Source: Paramecium tetraurelia | Taxonomy: Eukaryota | Direction of reading: 5' to 3' | Assembly: GCA_000165425.1 (NCBI GenBank) | Contig: CT868063.1 | Location: forward strand, 186,001 to 250,000 | Length of the DNA stretch: 64,000 nucleotides | In this document: positions 13,938 to 28,439 of the stretch, piece by piece | How positions within the stretch are numbered: position 1 is the first letter of the stretch | How the letters are laid out: every line of letters begins with the position of its first letter | Made by a program: the position numbers and the translations under genes | Notes under the pieces: generated by a model | What the model was told of the DNA's origin: nothing | What the model saw: only the letters and a program-made list of their open reading frames with translations | Database searches by the model: none

Positions 13938-16079
13938 ATGACCCCTAAAGTTAGAAAAGGAAAACCACATAAAAAAGCTTCTCCTATTAAGAGCAAAGAT
14001 ATTAAAATAATAGTTATTGATAGTTTCAAGAGAGAATAAAAAAAATAGGAAGTGAAGAAAAAGGGAACCAAAAAGTAGTTAAGCAAATTATAAAAATTTC
14101 AAGCTCAATTGATTCCTCAAAATAATGTAGATTAGATTAGATTACAGCATATCTCATGTAAAATACAGTGATTTACTTTAGCTAAAATTTAGTAGAATTA
14201 CAGAACTCAAAATCAGTCATATTTATTAAAAATAAAGAATTAATATGATTAATATCAGTCTTTGATCTTAAAATATACATTGTTAACTGAACTTGATGAT
14301 TTTTGTCATACTCATGATCTTCTAAGAAAAACTATTATAAATACCTTCATTAATTAGATTAAGCTAAGTTTCAATTTTCAAAATAAGAATCAATTTCAAG
14401 TTATTACAATAGATCAAATGATTTCGATATAATTAAAAATTAACGCATAATCTTATTAATTAGAACTATATAATTTACTAAAACCAATTTTTAGATCTAA
14501 AACTGTGGATTAAGCTTTCATAAAATTAAAAATAATGTTGCAATAAAGATATATAAAGAAAAAGTTAGAGGAGAAACATTAAGTCTTTGAAAGTTTGAAG
14601 GAATAAAGTTTAGAAAAATGTTTTGATAATGAAATGGGTAATTTGCATTTTTCCTCATTAAATTACGCTTAACTTTTAGAAATATAATAAAAACAAGAGT
14701 TAATATAAAATGCAAAGGCAAAATAAGATTAACCATTAATTTTAGATAGTTTTTTTAAAAATTCTAATTTGCAGAATCCTAAATAATAATTAAGTTCAAT
14801 TAGACAATTCTTAATTAAACCAATTGCTAAATAATAGATTGAAATAAGTAAAATTTCTGTGAAATCTAGAAATCAAAGTAAAGAATCATGTTATTCAAGA
14901 AATGAGTCTTATTTAATGCCTTTTTAATCAAATATATAAAACAAAAAAGCTTAACCATATTAAAATTTAATTCAAGAGTTTAGATAATAAAACAAATAGG
15001 TATTTTAACCTAATGTTAATCAAAAATTGAGTAGAGCTTAAAGCATGAATACATCTTTTGAATTACCTTTTGATTTTGAATCATAAACAAGTTGTACTCC
15101 AGCTAATGCTAAAAAAACTATGTTAGTCTAAAATGGATAAAATAACAAGATAGGTTTTGAGGTGGGATGTCGAGAAATAGATAAATATAGTTATAATTCT
15201 AGGAAACAAGTTAGAAATCCAAATATAAGTGTTAATAGGAATGACTTTAATCAATCTCAATAATTTAATTATCATAATAGAAGTGTTGATTTTAGTAGAT
15301 AATTAGGATTAAGCAATTTATACAATTCTAAGATGTTTAATGTAAATAACAGTTAAGTAAATGGAAATAGCAATCTATAATTTTCAAAAGTATAATCATA
15401 AAATGCTAACAATGATTGGTTAATTGAATCACCATAAGGCAGATCAGTTCTTTAATCATAAAATACATGGTAATAATATAATTGGATAATATTTACAAAT
15501 GAAAATAGCAATTTGAGGTTTAATAGATAAATCAACATTTAAAATTTGAAATTATTAAATGTTTCAATTGAATCTACTTTTTTTGATGATTTTGAGTATA
15601 TATTATTGAGTGATAAGTTTAAAATATTGATAATGGAACAAAAAGACTTAGTTTGCCCCGAAACCCATATGAGACTGGGTAAGGGGGATGAAAATGGAGC
15701 AATTCAGGCTATGATTAATAAAATGAAACTTTAAATGCATTAATTTATGCTATAATACAATAGTAGATAAGTAATTGTTTTGATTTAATACTAACACTAA
15801 TTTTTTTTGAGAATGCTAATCGAATACATATTTCCATAATTAGGATAATTGTAAGAATAATATAGGATAACACCATTTTACTAGATAGAGGAGTTGCAAG
15901 AAATAATATTTGATTTAATACAGACCTAAGAGAATATTAGATATGATAGATTGATAAAAGTATCAAATGATCTTAGCAAATTTCGATCAAAAATATAAAA
16001 TATTGAATTTTCTAATTTGGTTACAATGAGATGCTTGAATCAGTTATATTAGACTTTAGTATAATAATTAACAAATTGA
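13938..16079 (+). CDS. hypothetical Gln/Asn-rich protein
   Basis: MTPKVRKGKPHKKASPIKS..., one 24-nt intron at 14158-14181, TGA at 16077. Confidence 0.65.
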
Positions 16080-16381
16080 TGAAATTAATTTCCATTTTAA
16101 TATTACTTTTAAAAATAAATATTAATTTAATTCAAACAAGAATTTGATCTATTATCAAAAAACTTAGAAATATAGAACAGAATTGAGATTAAGTATAATC
16201 ATTGATATTTTAAAACATAACTTAAAATTTTACTTATGTACTTGGCTGCTAAATCCATTTTCTAATCTTAAAGGAAAGTATCGATCTTCACGAGAATTCA
16301 AGTTATAAGTTATAATATATTTTAATTAATTAACTATTTTAATGATTTTTTAAATTTATAATAATTTTGAGATGTTTGAAA

Positions 16382-17586
16382 TCATGAAATATTATTACAT
16401 AAATTCATATATATTATTTTAGTAGCCTCTCTTCCTCTTAAATCTATTGGTCCTGTTTTTACTGGCACATTCTCCCTTCCCTTAGGTTAAATCCTTCTTG
16501 CTGGACTGACATATATTTTTTATATAAGTTTTTGAGAATCCATGGGTTTGGGTGATGCCATTCTGACCCTTTGTTCTGGTTTTTACATAATATTATATTC
16601 TGTGATTCTTCTTCTTGGTGAACCACATCTCAATTACTATTAAGAGGGATATGATCGAAGAGGAGATCTTGGCTGAATGTTTTCTTAGAATTCTACTAAA
16701 TTCAACATGTTGCTATATTTTTTTACGAATGAAGATGTAAGAATTTGACTGATAGGAGGTCTATGATTAGGATCTAGAGATAATAATTGAGAAATTAATT
16801 AGAAAGCTTCTTTTGATACTGATGGTTTGATTTTAGGCTGGCATTATCTGATGGCAACTGAAATTTCCTTAAAATCCTTTCCTTTAAAAGGTGCATATTT
16901 ATGAAGTAACTCATATAACAATATTCCCAATGACCATAAATCAATTTTGTAATCATACATTACTTCCATTACTATTTCAGGTGCCATATATTCATAGGTT
17001 CCACAAAAGGTCTTTCTCTTTTGATGTATATTCTCAGCACACCAGCCAAAATCGCATACTTTCAAATTAAATTTTTCATCTAATAATAAATTTTCTGGTT
17101 TGATATCTCTGTGAAATATATTATTTTAATGCATATATTGTAATGCAAGACAAGTTTACACAAAATACTTGCATGCTTCTTATTCACTCATAGGTGGATT
17201 CTTTTAAATATGAGTAAATAAATTGCCTATATTTAATTTAACGATATTACCATTTTCGAGATATTCGATGACAATAAAAATAGAATCATTTTCATAAAAT
17301 GAATCATAGAGTTATACTATATTTGGATTCTTGCATTTTTTATGAACTCTGATTTCTCTTTCAATGCCTTCGCTTTCACATTGATTAGTTATTGTTTCTC
17401 CAGGCATCTAAACATTTTAAAGACAAATACTATTTTAATTGCATATTTTTTCTAGGTTGGTTTATGAATATATAAATTCACACTTCCAAAACTACCATTT
17501 CCTAATTTCTATATGAATTAAAACTCATTCATTGTAGTAAATGTTCCTGAATTGAAAGTTTAGATTTGTTTGGCATAACTAGACAT
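16382..17586 (-). CDS. Aurora-like Ser/Thr kinase
   Basis: LGNGSFGSV, EREIRVH, HRDIKPENLL, CDFGW, RKTFCGTYEYMAPE; the DFGW motif is typical of Aurora kinases. Confidence 0.9.
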
Positions 17587-18164
17587 TAATAAAATTCAGA
17601 ATTTTTTAACGGTATAAATATTAATTTTATTATAATCAATAACAATCGATTTTCGCAGTATTCTTAATTACTACTTATACAGGTTTATAGAACTATCAAT
17701 CTAAAAATTAATCAACATTTAAGCATTAATCACAAGATTATCAATTCTTTAACAATGTGGGAAACCGTCAATTTTTCCGGGTCAATTTCCTTACTATTTT
17801 TATCAATCATTTATCTAAAAAGTGTACTCTATCTTTGTTTCTTTATCATCAATAACCTTAATAACCTATTGTGTACTTGTAATCGAAGTGGTTATTTGTA
17901 AAATGGATGAATAAATACTATAGAGACAACTACATTTGATTCTTTTTTTATAAATTCTTAAAATACAACAAAATATCGGCTCAATTCTAATTTCTTTGAA
18001 AGAATATGTTGATATATTTGAGAATTATTCCAAATAATTGAAAATATGAACTTCTTCAAGAAGTATTGTTACTGAATTATTAAGACCTAATAATAGTGTC
18101 GCTAATTATACTTTAAATAATTTATACAGAAAAAATCTTTATATTATCTGGAAAATTGATAGGA

Positions 18165-19884
18165 ATGAATGAGCACAAAGAAGTCATTAGGAAATAAATT
18201 GGAGATTATTGTTTTGATATGAATGATATTATTGGAGAAGGCTATTCATCCAAAGTCTATAAGGGGATTCACATGGTTACTCAATAAGTTGTTGCAATAA
18301 AGGTCATTTCCTTAGAAAATTACAACTCACCAATATAGAAATCTCTTCTTTAAAATGAAATCAAAATTCTGCTGCAAATCGACAATCCCAATCTACTAAG
18401 AGTGTATGAAATAAGTAGAAGTGCCAATAACACCTATATTGTGAGTGAATATTGTGAAGGTGGTAATTTAGAAGTTTTACTGAAACAGGAACCAATCAAA
18501 ATAAATAAGGCTATTGACATTCTCACATAAATTTGTAAAGGCTTGTTAGACTTACACAAAAAAAGTATCATAATAAACTTCTATAAATCTAGATATCATA
18601 CACAGAGACATTAAACCTGCAAATGTATTAATATAAGATGGCATTTTTAAACTTGTTGATTTTGGCTTCGCTCTAATTGAAAATTAATACGATAGCATAA
18701 TCAAACGATACAATGTTGGAACTCCTATGTACATGGCCCCTGAAAGTTAATTGTTCAACCAATATTCAGAAAAAAGTGATGTATGGGCTTTAGGGGTTAT
18801 GCTCTATGAGATGCTATATCAGACAGCTCCAAAATTTAAGTTGAAGGAGATGACTTTTTTATAAGAAATACAATAAAAGTGCTAAACTATCGATATCAAA
18901 TATTAAAATCTAATTCTTAAACTATTTGAAGGTATGCTATAATTGGCCTCTGAAGATAGGATAACAATCTAGTAGATTCTCTCAATAATACAAGAGAATC
19001 AATTATCTTAATTATCTGCTTAAAAAACGAGTTCACAATTAATTAAACTTTCCTAAAAGTCAGTTTCTACATCAATTAATTCTCCACTTTAATTTAAAAG
19101 TGCAAAAACCCCAAATGAAATAAGGAAAAAATACGTCTAAAAACTCTTATCAAATAATAAGCCCCTATCTTTCGATGATTAAAAGTTAGCCAATTGTCTT
19201 AGGGTGAAAACTTAAAAGGAATAATAGGAAATTGAAATCACTTAGTTTACATCTGACGATGAGTATCCAGGTAGGAATCTCAAAACTAGTTTGAATCAAC
19301 CAGCATCTAAATATAGCCATAAAAAAAGCGACTCGGATATCAATATTGAATTGATTGGCTAAATTAGTACTGATTGTTCGATTCAGAAATCTCCAAAGTA
19401 ACAAAATCTCTTGAAATAAGTTAATTAGGATGTTGATATACCATTAATATTGACACCTACATACAAATTTTGTGAATTTGTAGAATAGGCCATATTGAAC
19501 TTTCCTAATTAGGATAATGATCTAATGTCGAAGTTTCAATTTCTATTAAGAAAGCTATTGGCCATCAAAGCCAAAGTATTCTATACTTTTGCCCCAATAA
19601 AAATTAAATCATAATTGGATAATTGGATAAATCAACTTCAAGACTATTACAAGAAGATCTAACATCAAATCAATTTGAATTTAGATAAGACTTTTTAAAT
19701 ATTTTTTAATCCTAATCTAGAAGATTAAGGCAAGCTCTTAACGATGTATATCATGAATTTGGCCAATTAAATGAACAGTTAATCAAAAGAAATACAAATT
19801 ATAATTGGAATTTTGGAAGAAAATTTGTAACATCAGAATGATCCCTTCTTATTTGCAAGAAAATGGATGTTCCAGAAATCATGA
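18165..19884 (+). CDS. ULK/ATG1-like Ser/Thr kinase (ciliate-expanded)
   Basis: IGEGYSSKVYKG, VAIK, EYCEGG, HRDIKPAN, DFGFA, VGTPMYMAPE; long C-terminal extension. Confidence 0.85.
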
Positions 19885-19976
19885 TATTATTCGCCAGATT
19901 TGAAATTTGATTATAATTTATAGATTACCTTTGATAAATTAAATTAAATTTTCCTTATTAAATATTTCTTTGAAAA

Positions 19977-21556
19977 ATGGACTCAAATGATTAAAACGAT
20001 CTAAAAAAAAGACTTGAATTAAAACGGAAAATATTGTAGGAATAGAAAAGGGCAAAGGAAGAAGAATAAAAGAAAAAAAAGGAAGATGAGGAACAATCAT
20101 AATAAATGAAAAAATAAGAGTAATAATCATCTGAAAATATTGTTAAAAAATAATCTGATAATGTAATAAATGTATTGGTATTTACAAGTAATCTATTATT
20201 GACGATAACCTTAAATAGTAACTTAATGAATAATAAAAATAGAAAGAATAATAAATTAAATCTGAAGCACTAAGAAAGTAGAGTGAACAATCAAATTAAA
20301 TTATGTCATTATAAAAAAAAGAAAATTCACAATCCACATAAAATAATTAGAAGCCACAAAAATAAGATGATTAAAAGGTGATATAGATTACTAATAAGCA
20401 AATCAATAATTAATAAAAAACTTTTGCTTCTGATTAAAAAGGAAAAAATAAATTTATAGAAGATAACAATAGAAATTAAAAGGAAGAATTATAAAAAAAA
20501 AATGATGAACCAAAGCCTGATTAAATAAGATAAGATAAAGAACAATAGGTTTAAGAGGAAAATAAGAAATAGTTATTACTAATCAATAAAAAAACAGATA
20601 ATGAGAAGTAAATTAGAGATTAAAAGCATATCAAAGAATAGGATGAAAAAGATAAATAAAATAAATAAAGACTAGAATCTGAAAAAATTGAAAAAGATAG
20701 AATTGATAGAGAAAAAAAAGAAAAAGAAAGGCTAGAAAAAGAAAAATAAGAAAGATTATTAAGAGAGAGGCAGGAAAAAGAAAAATAATTAGAAAGGGAT
20801 AAGTAGGAAAAAGATAGATAGTTGAGAGAAAAATAAGAAAAAGATAAATAGGAAAAAATGGAAAAATTAAGATTTGAAAGAGAAAAATAGGAAAAACTAA
20901 GATAAGAAAAAGAAAAATAAGATAAATTGGAAAGAGAAAAAAGGGAAAAGTAAGAAAGACTAGATAGATAAGAAAGATAAGAAAGACTAGAAAGATAAGA
21001 AAGAGAGAGACAAGAAAAATATGATAGAGAAAGAAAAGAAAAAGAAAGATAAGAAAGAGAAAGATAGGAATAAAGAGAAAAAGAAAAATAATTACTAAAT
21101 TCTAAGCGTTAATTAGAGCGTACACAAGTTTCGCAGAAAGATTCGGATTCAATTTAGACTAAAAAATAAACTTAAGAAAGGATAGAATAAGAATTTGACA
21201 ATTCGTAGCAGTAAGCAAATTGTAACATCTACGAAGAAGGCGAAATAGTCTGTCCATAAAGAACTACAATTGTCTCAAATATACCTTTATCCAAAAATGT
21301 AGAACAACAGCAACCGATAATAGAAAATAGAATAAGGAAAGCAGGATAAAGGCACTGTAAAATAATACTACAGGATTTAAGGGAAAAGATTTCTAAATAT
21401 AATTCAAAGGACAATAAAAAGAAATAAAAAAGACTTAAAAAATATAAAAAAGCAGTCTTTAAATTTTTATAAAAATTACCTGAGATAAATGATTAATAAG
21501 AAAACAACACATAAAGATTTTTAGAAGTTTTCAATTATTTTGATAATATTATTTGA
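19977..21556 (+). CDS. charged coiled-coil / SAH-like protein
   Basis: MDSNDQNDLKKRLELKRK..., 26-nt intron at ~20163-20188, E/K/R/Q-rich block at 20680-21090. Confidence 0.7.
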
Positions 21557-21654
21557 TTCATATAGTATAATCTATTATTATTACTAGATACTAATTTTAA
21601 TTGTGTTAAAGTAATATATTTCTTAATTATATTTACCTAATTTTCAACGAATAA

Positions 21655-22645
21655 ATGGCAAAAGAATTTTAAGTTTTGAAGTTAAATTCTCCAATCAATC
21701 AAAAGAAAAAAAGCACATAATTATGCTTTAATTCACTTGGATTCTTGCATTCTATTTAATTTGTAAATCAAATGGAAAAAAGTGATGAATTAAAATAATC
21801 ACATTAAGATTTGATGAAAAAATATTATTAATCAAAGACATATGAACAAAAATAGGCAGCTCTATCCACTATTTAATCACAAAAAGTATTTTATTAATTT
21901 ATAAGACTTTGACTTAAAAATTTGAGAATATTAATGATAAGTTGAACCTAAAACTAAATAGTAATAAACAAAGAGAAAAAGAAAATTAATTTTTTCGATA
22001 ACCTAAAATTTCAGAAATTGATCAATCTATTAATTAAATACCTAAAGAAAAGCCCTTCTTCAATAAGCAAATTGATATTATCAGGCTCCACAACCTAAAA
22101 GAATACGATAAAAAGTCAAACACTCAATCTAAGGTTGTATCATCAAATACTGCTCTGATGGATAAACGGACTCTAGATCCCAATATAATGCCCCTTTCAA
22201 GCTTGGTTAGAAAATCATTAAAATAAAAAAATTAACCGTAACTTTTATAATTAAGCTCAAATACTTTATTCCTTAAGGATGAGATTTCAGGTAAAGTCTG
22301 CTTTAAGTAAAAATCTCAAAGCTAGTAAGAAGTGTAAAGACATGTACAGGATGATTTAGAAGATACATTAGTATAAAAGGACGAAATTGAAAAAGAAATC
22401 AACAATTGTTCACCATAATTTTCTGTGAAAAAATGCTTCTTTTCTTTAATGCAAGGGTGTGTAGGTATTTTATAATCTTAGTGTTAGAATAATAGAATAG
22501 TAAAACAAGATCTTTAAGCAATGAAAAAGGAGTGGATATAAAAGGGTCCAAAGTGTCAAAAAGCAATAGAGCACATACTTAAGGAAAACAGGAGTAAAAA
22601 TAAATGAATCGATTGTACGAATATATTTTAGAAGGTAATTGTTGA
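21655..22645 (+). CDS. hypothetical protein
   Basis: Code-6 frame kept open by a 20-nt intron (21886-21905) and a 23-nt intron (~22465-22487); TGA at 22643; start could alternatively be 21772. Confidence 0.55.
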
Positions 22646-23115
22646 TATTTAAATCTGTATTTATTAAAACTCTTGGCAATTCCAGATATTAATTAATAAA
22701 TTTATCACATCTAGAATTCTACATTTAAATAAAATCTCTTAAAATAAGATAATATTGTTATTAGTAAAATTAGATAAGGGAAGATTACTTTAGTTATTTT
22801 ATTAGAATAATATAAACTTTTAATAAGGGTTGCTGCCTATTGAGGTAATTTATCAAAAGAAAAGTATCTAAAAATTTCTTTTTAAAAAAACATATTAATA
22901 GTAATTTCAAGTGTTAGTATTGAAAAAATATTGTATAATTTTATCAAAATTATTTTGAACTTAGTAAGCAAAAAATAAGGTTTATTAGGGAAATATGTAT
23001 TGATTTATAAGGTAACATTAAATAATAATTTTATTAAATTCAATTTAGTTTGATGAATAGATTAAATGATACTAATTATAATATTTATTTTGAATATTCA
23101 ATAAATTCAAAAAAT

Positions 23116-25178
23116 TCATAATTATTTTAGCTATTGCACTTCTTGTCGCCATGATAAACTAAATTCATTTACTTTAGACATAAACTCTTCTTAAAAGTTC
23201 GAATCTCTATTAATGTGTTACAAATCGATTAATTTAGGTTTAGGCTTCTCTATTTATTCATACTCTTTTAATTGTCCGTATACGCTATTTTAAATATCAT
23301 TTTATTTTAGGGTTTCTACAGCAAGTTTCAAATCTTCATTTTCCTGGAGGATTGGGATCTTGATTTGCTTCAACATCTCGAGATTTTTGGACCAAAGATG
23401 GCATGCCTGCTGTTCATACTATTGAATAATGCGAAACATTTGGCTTAAGAGATCTAGCAAATCTGAGACTGTGGCATAGCCTGAGGAATGAATACTTTCT
23501 GTTAACTTTGAATTGATTTCAATTTTTAATGAATCGAATATGCATGACCATTTGAAAAGGATGTCTATCTTTATGATATGGGCATCTTTGGTGGAGAATA
23601 CTAAGGACTAGCCTTTCTCTTGTTTTTGTTCTTTCTAGATATGTCTATAGGAACTAATGAATACCTTAATTTGTAATCAATAAGTTTTTGAACAAGGATG
23701 TTTTGGGAAATTTGATTCATATTTAATTTTATTTTTAAGTAGTTAATATTCATTTCTTTACTAATATATTATAAATATCTGATCCAACCTTAGGATTTAT
23801 TTTTGGAAGAATTTGTTTCTTACTTCGATTACCACCTTAAGATTGTTTCAACTTTCTAATAGCTTCATCAACATTAGTAAAGAAGGGTTTCTCTTTTTTT
23901 TATGGACTTTTGCTATTTAATTTCATTGAAAACCATGCTACCAGTCTATGATTAAACAGGTTCGCCATTAGAATTCAAATAGGAATCCATCAACTTATCA
24001 TACGAGAGTGTTTTGAGAGCAAATTGTCGAAGATCCTTTTGATACTAAAATTTAGGCAAGGTTGTTGGATCCCTGACATCACTACAAGTTTTTAATTCTA
24101 GTTATAATTTTGAGACCATTTATTTCTGAGATAAATTAATATAAATACTCTGAAAATTCTCCATTTGATGCCATCGAGAAAGGCTTCTCTGATATGATCG
24201 TCTGTAGGATACGGTTTCGAGTTTCTACAAACTTCAGCTAATTAGAATTGACTCATTAGATTGAAATCAATAAGAGAAATCACAAAACAAGTAGTCTACA
24301 TTCCTGTGACTGCAGTGTATTGACTAGGCCTATAATGCTGTAATTCATAGTCTCCAATATACTTTCCTGGTCCTATTTCATCAATTTCTATTTTTAGATT
24401 TCTACTCTGTTTATTGGGATCATATTTATGTTGAAATTAAATCAAACCATTTTTATTGATATTAAATGGTATTGTACGATAGAGTTTGACAGAACCTGTT
24501 TCTACTACATAAAAATTATTCAATGTCTATCCTTAATTAATGAATGCATAATTAGATTGAAATGTTCGATATTCCATCTTACTAGCAAGTCTAATTTTAT
24601 CTGGAAAATTTAAAGAAAGAAATGGTTCTATCACATTGAGAAGATTATATGCCTTTTATGTATTAATTGTACTTTACTTAATTCGCTTATTCAGATGAAT
24701 GAAATTTCATATATTTATTGAAATCATTCCTATGAAGAACCATCAATTCAGTTTATTTCCCAACTACTATTGTAGCATTTCTGTCTGAATTAAATAGCAA
24801 TGCCAATTCACCAAAACAATCTCCTACACCTGAAATACCAACTTATTTAATTTCGTCTAAGCCAGGACTTTTAATCAAAATTCTAGCTTCTCCCTTTAAA
24901 ATGATATAAAATTTATCTGCTGGGTCTCCCTACCTAAAAAGGGTTTGCTCTTAATCATAAACTTCCAATTGTAAATATCTGCACATCTCTATAAACTCCT
25001 ATGACTTAGTACTGAAGCATAGTAATATATAATACTTTGTAAATTGAATGAAAAAAGCAAAACTTTCTAGTATGTTTCTAATATCAATTAACTGTTCATT
25101 GTTTCTTTCATCAGAGGAAGAGAGTAAGAAATCTCTAATCTATAAATACTTATCTTAGAATAATTGTTTCGGATTCAT
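23116..25178 (-). CDS. cyclic-nucleotide-binding domain protein (two CNBDs)
   Basis: LFRQGDPADKFYIILKG...GDCFGELALLFNSDRNATI; second CNBD with ...EIGPGKYIGD. Confidence 0.85.
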
Positions 25179-25220
25179 TTTATATAAAAATTAATGAAAA
25201 ATAATACGGATTTCATTTAA

Positions 25221-27011
25221 ATGATGCTAGATCCTAATCTCAGCAAAGAGTATATTAAAGGTATCAAAGGAGACTTAAATAGAAACTAATCTCTAAATAA
25301 TAAATTGAATATCTAAAAATTGCGTAAATTTTATAAGACTCTCAATAATGCTGATGTATTATAATTGTATAATTAGTTATTAAGTTATTGCGCCAATAAA
25401 TTCAGTTGTATACACAGAGCAGTGAGAGATGAATTAAGAGACAGATGTAACACACCCTTAACTTAATTTTGGCCAATTTTAGCAAATATTATTTAAAATA
25501 AAGAAGCTAATCCAAAATATTATACGGAATTACTCAATATTAAAGATTTTCCTAAATATTTTGAAGATACTATTTAAAAGGATGTTGTTCGTACTTCCAG
25601 CAATTAAGAGATGTAACAAAAACTAACTAATGTTTTAACAGCCTATGTTATAAGAAATGCCTAAATCGGATATTGTTAAGGATTTAATTATATTGCACAT
25701 TATCTGTTATTGAATTAAAGATACTCAGAAGAGGTAAATAATTGAATTTTATTTAAGGACGCATTCTGGTTTTTATGCCACTTATTTGAGACTCTCTTGC
25801 CTGTTAATTATTATAATCATTTGTTTGGAGTTCTCAGTGATGATGAAATATTACGATAGATTCTGTAAAAAGAGAAACCTCATTTGATGGAACATTTTAG
25901 AAACTTATCTGTAGAAACAAGTTTGTTCACAATTCAATGGTTAGTTTGTTGTTTCACATTTCACAATAAATTAACAGATACCATTTTTGATCTTTTATTA
26001 ATTGAAGGTTCTAAAGCATAAATTAAATCTGCATTAGTTTATATCAGCCTATTGGAAGATTCATTGATGTAGACAAATGATATTGGCAGTCTTATAATGA
26101 CTATCGAACATTTTATATCAACATTTTAAGATAGATAAATCTTCATTGAAGAATATAATAAAATATATGTGAATAATAAGCTGTTGTAGAACATTAGATA
26201 GGATATCTCTAATTAAGTAGTGTCCACAGTTTAATCAAGTGATACCAAAAGAGTGACATCGCTGAATGGATTTCTTGAAGATTTAAAAAAATAGAAATGT
26301 TAAGTGACTCACCCCATTTGCATATATGAATTAGAGACTTGGAGCAGAAATAAGAAACATATGGATAATTTGGTTCTTAGAGTTGGATTATTAAATAAAA
26401 TAAATATTGAAAATAAGAGACAATCACTGAAAAATCCTGAGAGATTAAACATTTAACTGATCGTTAGATAAAATCATATTTGCGATAAAGATGATGGATT
26501 TTTGGTTAGAGCACTATAACACAAAGATACCTATGATATCTAATTAATTGATCTTGGCAAAAAAATATAATAAACTCAAGTTCCTAATTCACCAAGAGGT
26601 CGCAGTCCATTTAAAGATTTATTATTAACTCCTATTAAGGCTTTGAATAATGCATAAAATTTGGGATAAAAGTTAAGAATGAACCCAATAATCTACAAAA
26701 TAGACAATCTTCCACTTTCTTCAAGCACTTTTGCTTTGCCTGTTAACGTAAGAAAGAAGACTTAAGGATGGAAGACACAAAGAGGTCGATCTCCAGAATA
26801 AACCAAGATGCTATTAAGAAAAATGAATGTGTATGGATCTCCTAAAAGAAAACTTGAAATGAACATTTCGAATAATTTTATTAATCAGTCTACAGATGTT
26901 TCATAATAGTATCCTACTACTTTGAAGGAGTGCAAATCAATTAAATTCATTGCATAACTTTCCAGAAATACCAATTTAATAAATATTGACTTTTATCCGG
27001 ATTAATAATGA
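25221..27011 (+). CDS. TBC-domain Rab GTPase-activating protein
   Basis: Arginine finger IQKDVVRT and glutamine finger IGYCQGFNY (Gln encoded by TAA); AFW; FTIQWLVCCF. Confidence 0.9.
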
Positions 27012-27068
27012 ATATTTATATTCTATAATAAATGAATAAATTGTCTTATATATTAATACATCTATAAC

Positions 27069-28312
27069 TCAAGCTTATTAGTAAAAATTAAACTAGTGTT
27101 TTCTTAAATAAATGATATACTCTTTCTGGGTTTTTAGAATCTGTTGAGGAAGAATGAATAGGACTTGCAATTCTGTACGGTGAGTTTTATGAACTTGATT
27201 GTAAAGAGTAATTATTGCTTGCTTCGATGGTTATAGATTTATGTATACGTAAATAGGAATTTAGGGCTGGAGCAGGTAAGGCGAGCTATTGTTATTGTTG
27301 GGTTGATCTGTTGAATTAAAATAGATTTGGATCAAATTAAAAGCAATAATCCTAAAATTCTAGAATTTATTTTTGAACATTACATTAATTTTATCTGGAC
27401 AAAAGAAGATGAATTGGACTATTGCAAGAGTATTAATGATACGGAGAGCCTACATTGCTGTACTGGGTATTGTTCTCATTATACGGAACGATATAGCTAT
27501 GTTCCAGCCTGCTCGGAGAAGGTTCTTCGCAGGAGTATTTGTAAAGGTCTCCCATTTGGTATGCTTAATAGATTTTGGAGGATGTTACTTAAATTGGGGA
27601 TGTATGAGACAATCTTAGCCAGGAGCAAGGAAAGACTATCAAATTTTCTATTGAATTACTATTACATTTGATTTAAACCCTATGATGACAAATGAACATC
27701 AAACCTACAAAATGGTTTGACTAGAACGAGTGGCTTAAACATTTTATTCCATGGAAGCTGAGAAATCAACTTCCATTTAAAATTAAGTTGTTTGAATTTC
27801 TCGGACAACCTTTTTCATTTCATCATGTTCTTGCTTATAATTGTCAATTTTCTGAATATTTGTGTTTTTTATCTCGATTTTATTCTCAGAATCATCCTAA
27901 TTTCTCCTTCTAATGTATTGAAGCATGCTTCTAAGGAAGTGAGAGTATTATCTTACTTAAGTCCTCTTCTAAACCATTGATGTCTAAACTCGCTTTGTCC
28001 GTAGTGATTTTTGGTTTTCTTAAAGCTGTACATGTTGAGCTATCTAGTATGAAATGGAAGATAACCTCAGAAAGCTGGGATAGTTTTTATGCTTGAAATA
28101 GTTGGCAAGAACCTTGGATGACAGCTCATGGGAATTCAGGACTATAAATGCATTGCCTTCTTGATTCCAAGTAATGATATGGGATAGAGATGAGTTCTGA
28201 ATAAGAAATAGTAGCTAAAATGGTATACTTCAAGAATTTCGTATGTTTTCATCAAGAAAGAGGGGACATTGACTTTGAGGGCTGGAAGATCATTGATGTC
28301 TTAATTTGACAT
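27069..28312 (-). CDS. HSF: heat shock transcription factor (HSF DNA-binding domain)
   Basis: VPSFLMKTYEILE...ISWNQEGNAFIV...YFKHKNYPSFLRQLNMYSFKK...EFRHQWFRRG followed by a heptad region. Confidence 0.92.
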
Positions 28313-28439
28313 TAATATTTTTATAGGAATTTTTAAGAATATGCAAGCCATTAAAATAAAATATAGTTGAATAATAATTTAAAATATGAATGACTGTGAT
28401 TATAATAATGATAAAGTTTGTATTCTAATAATATAATTA

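Noticed and set aside
27327..27671. Plus-strand 114-aa ORF
   Set aside because: It is antisense to the C-terminal region of the HSF gene and has no recognisable motifs.
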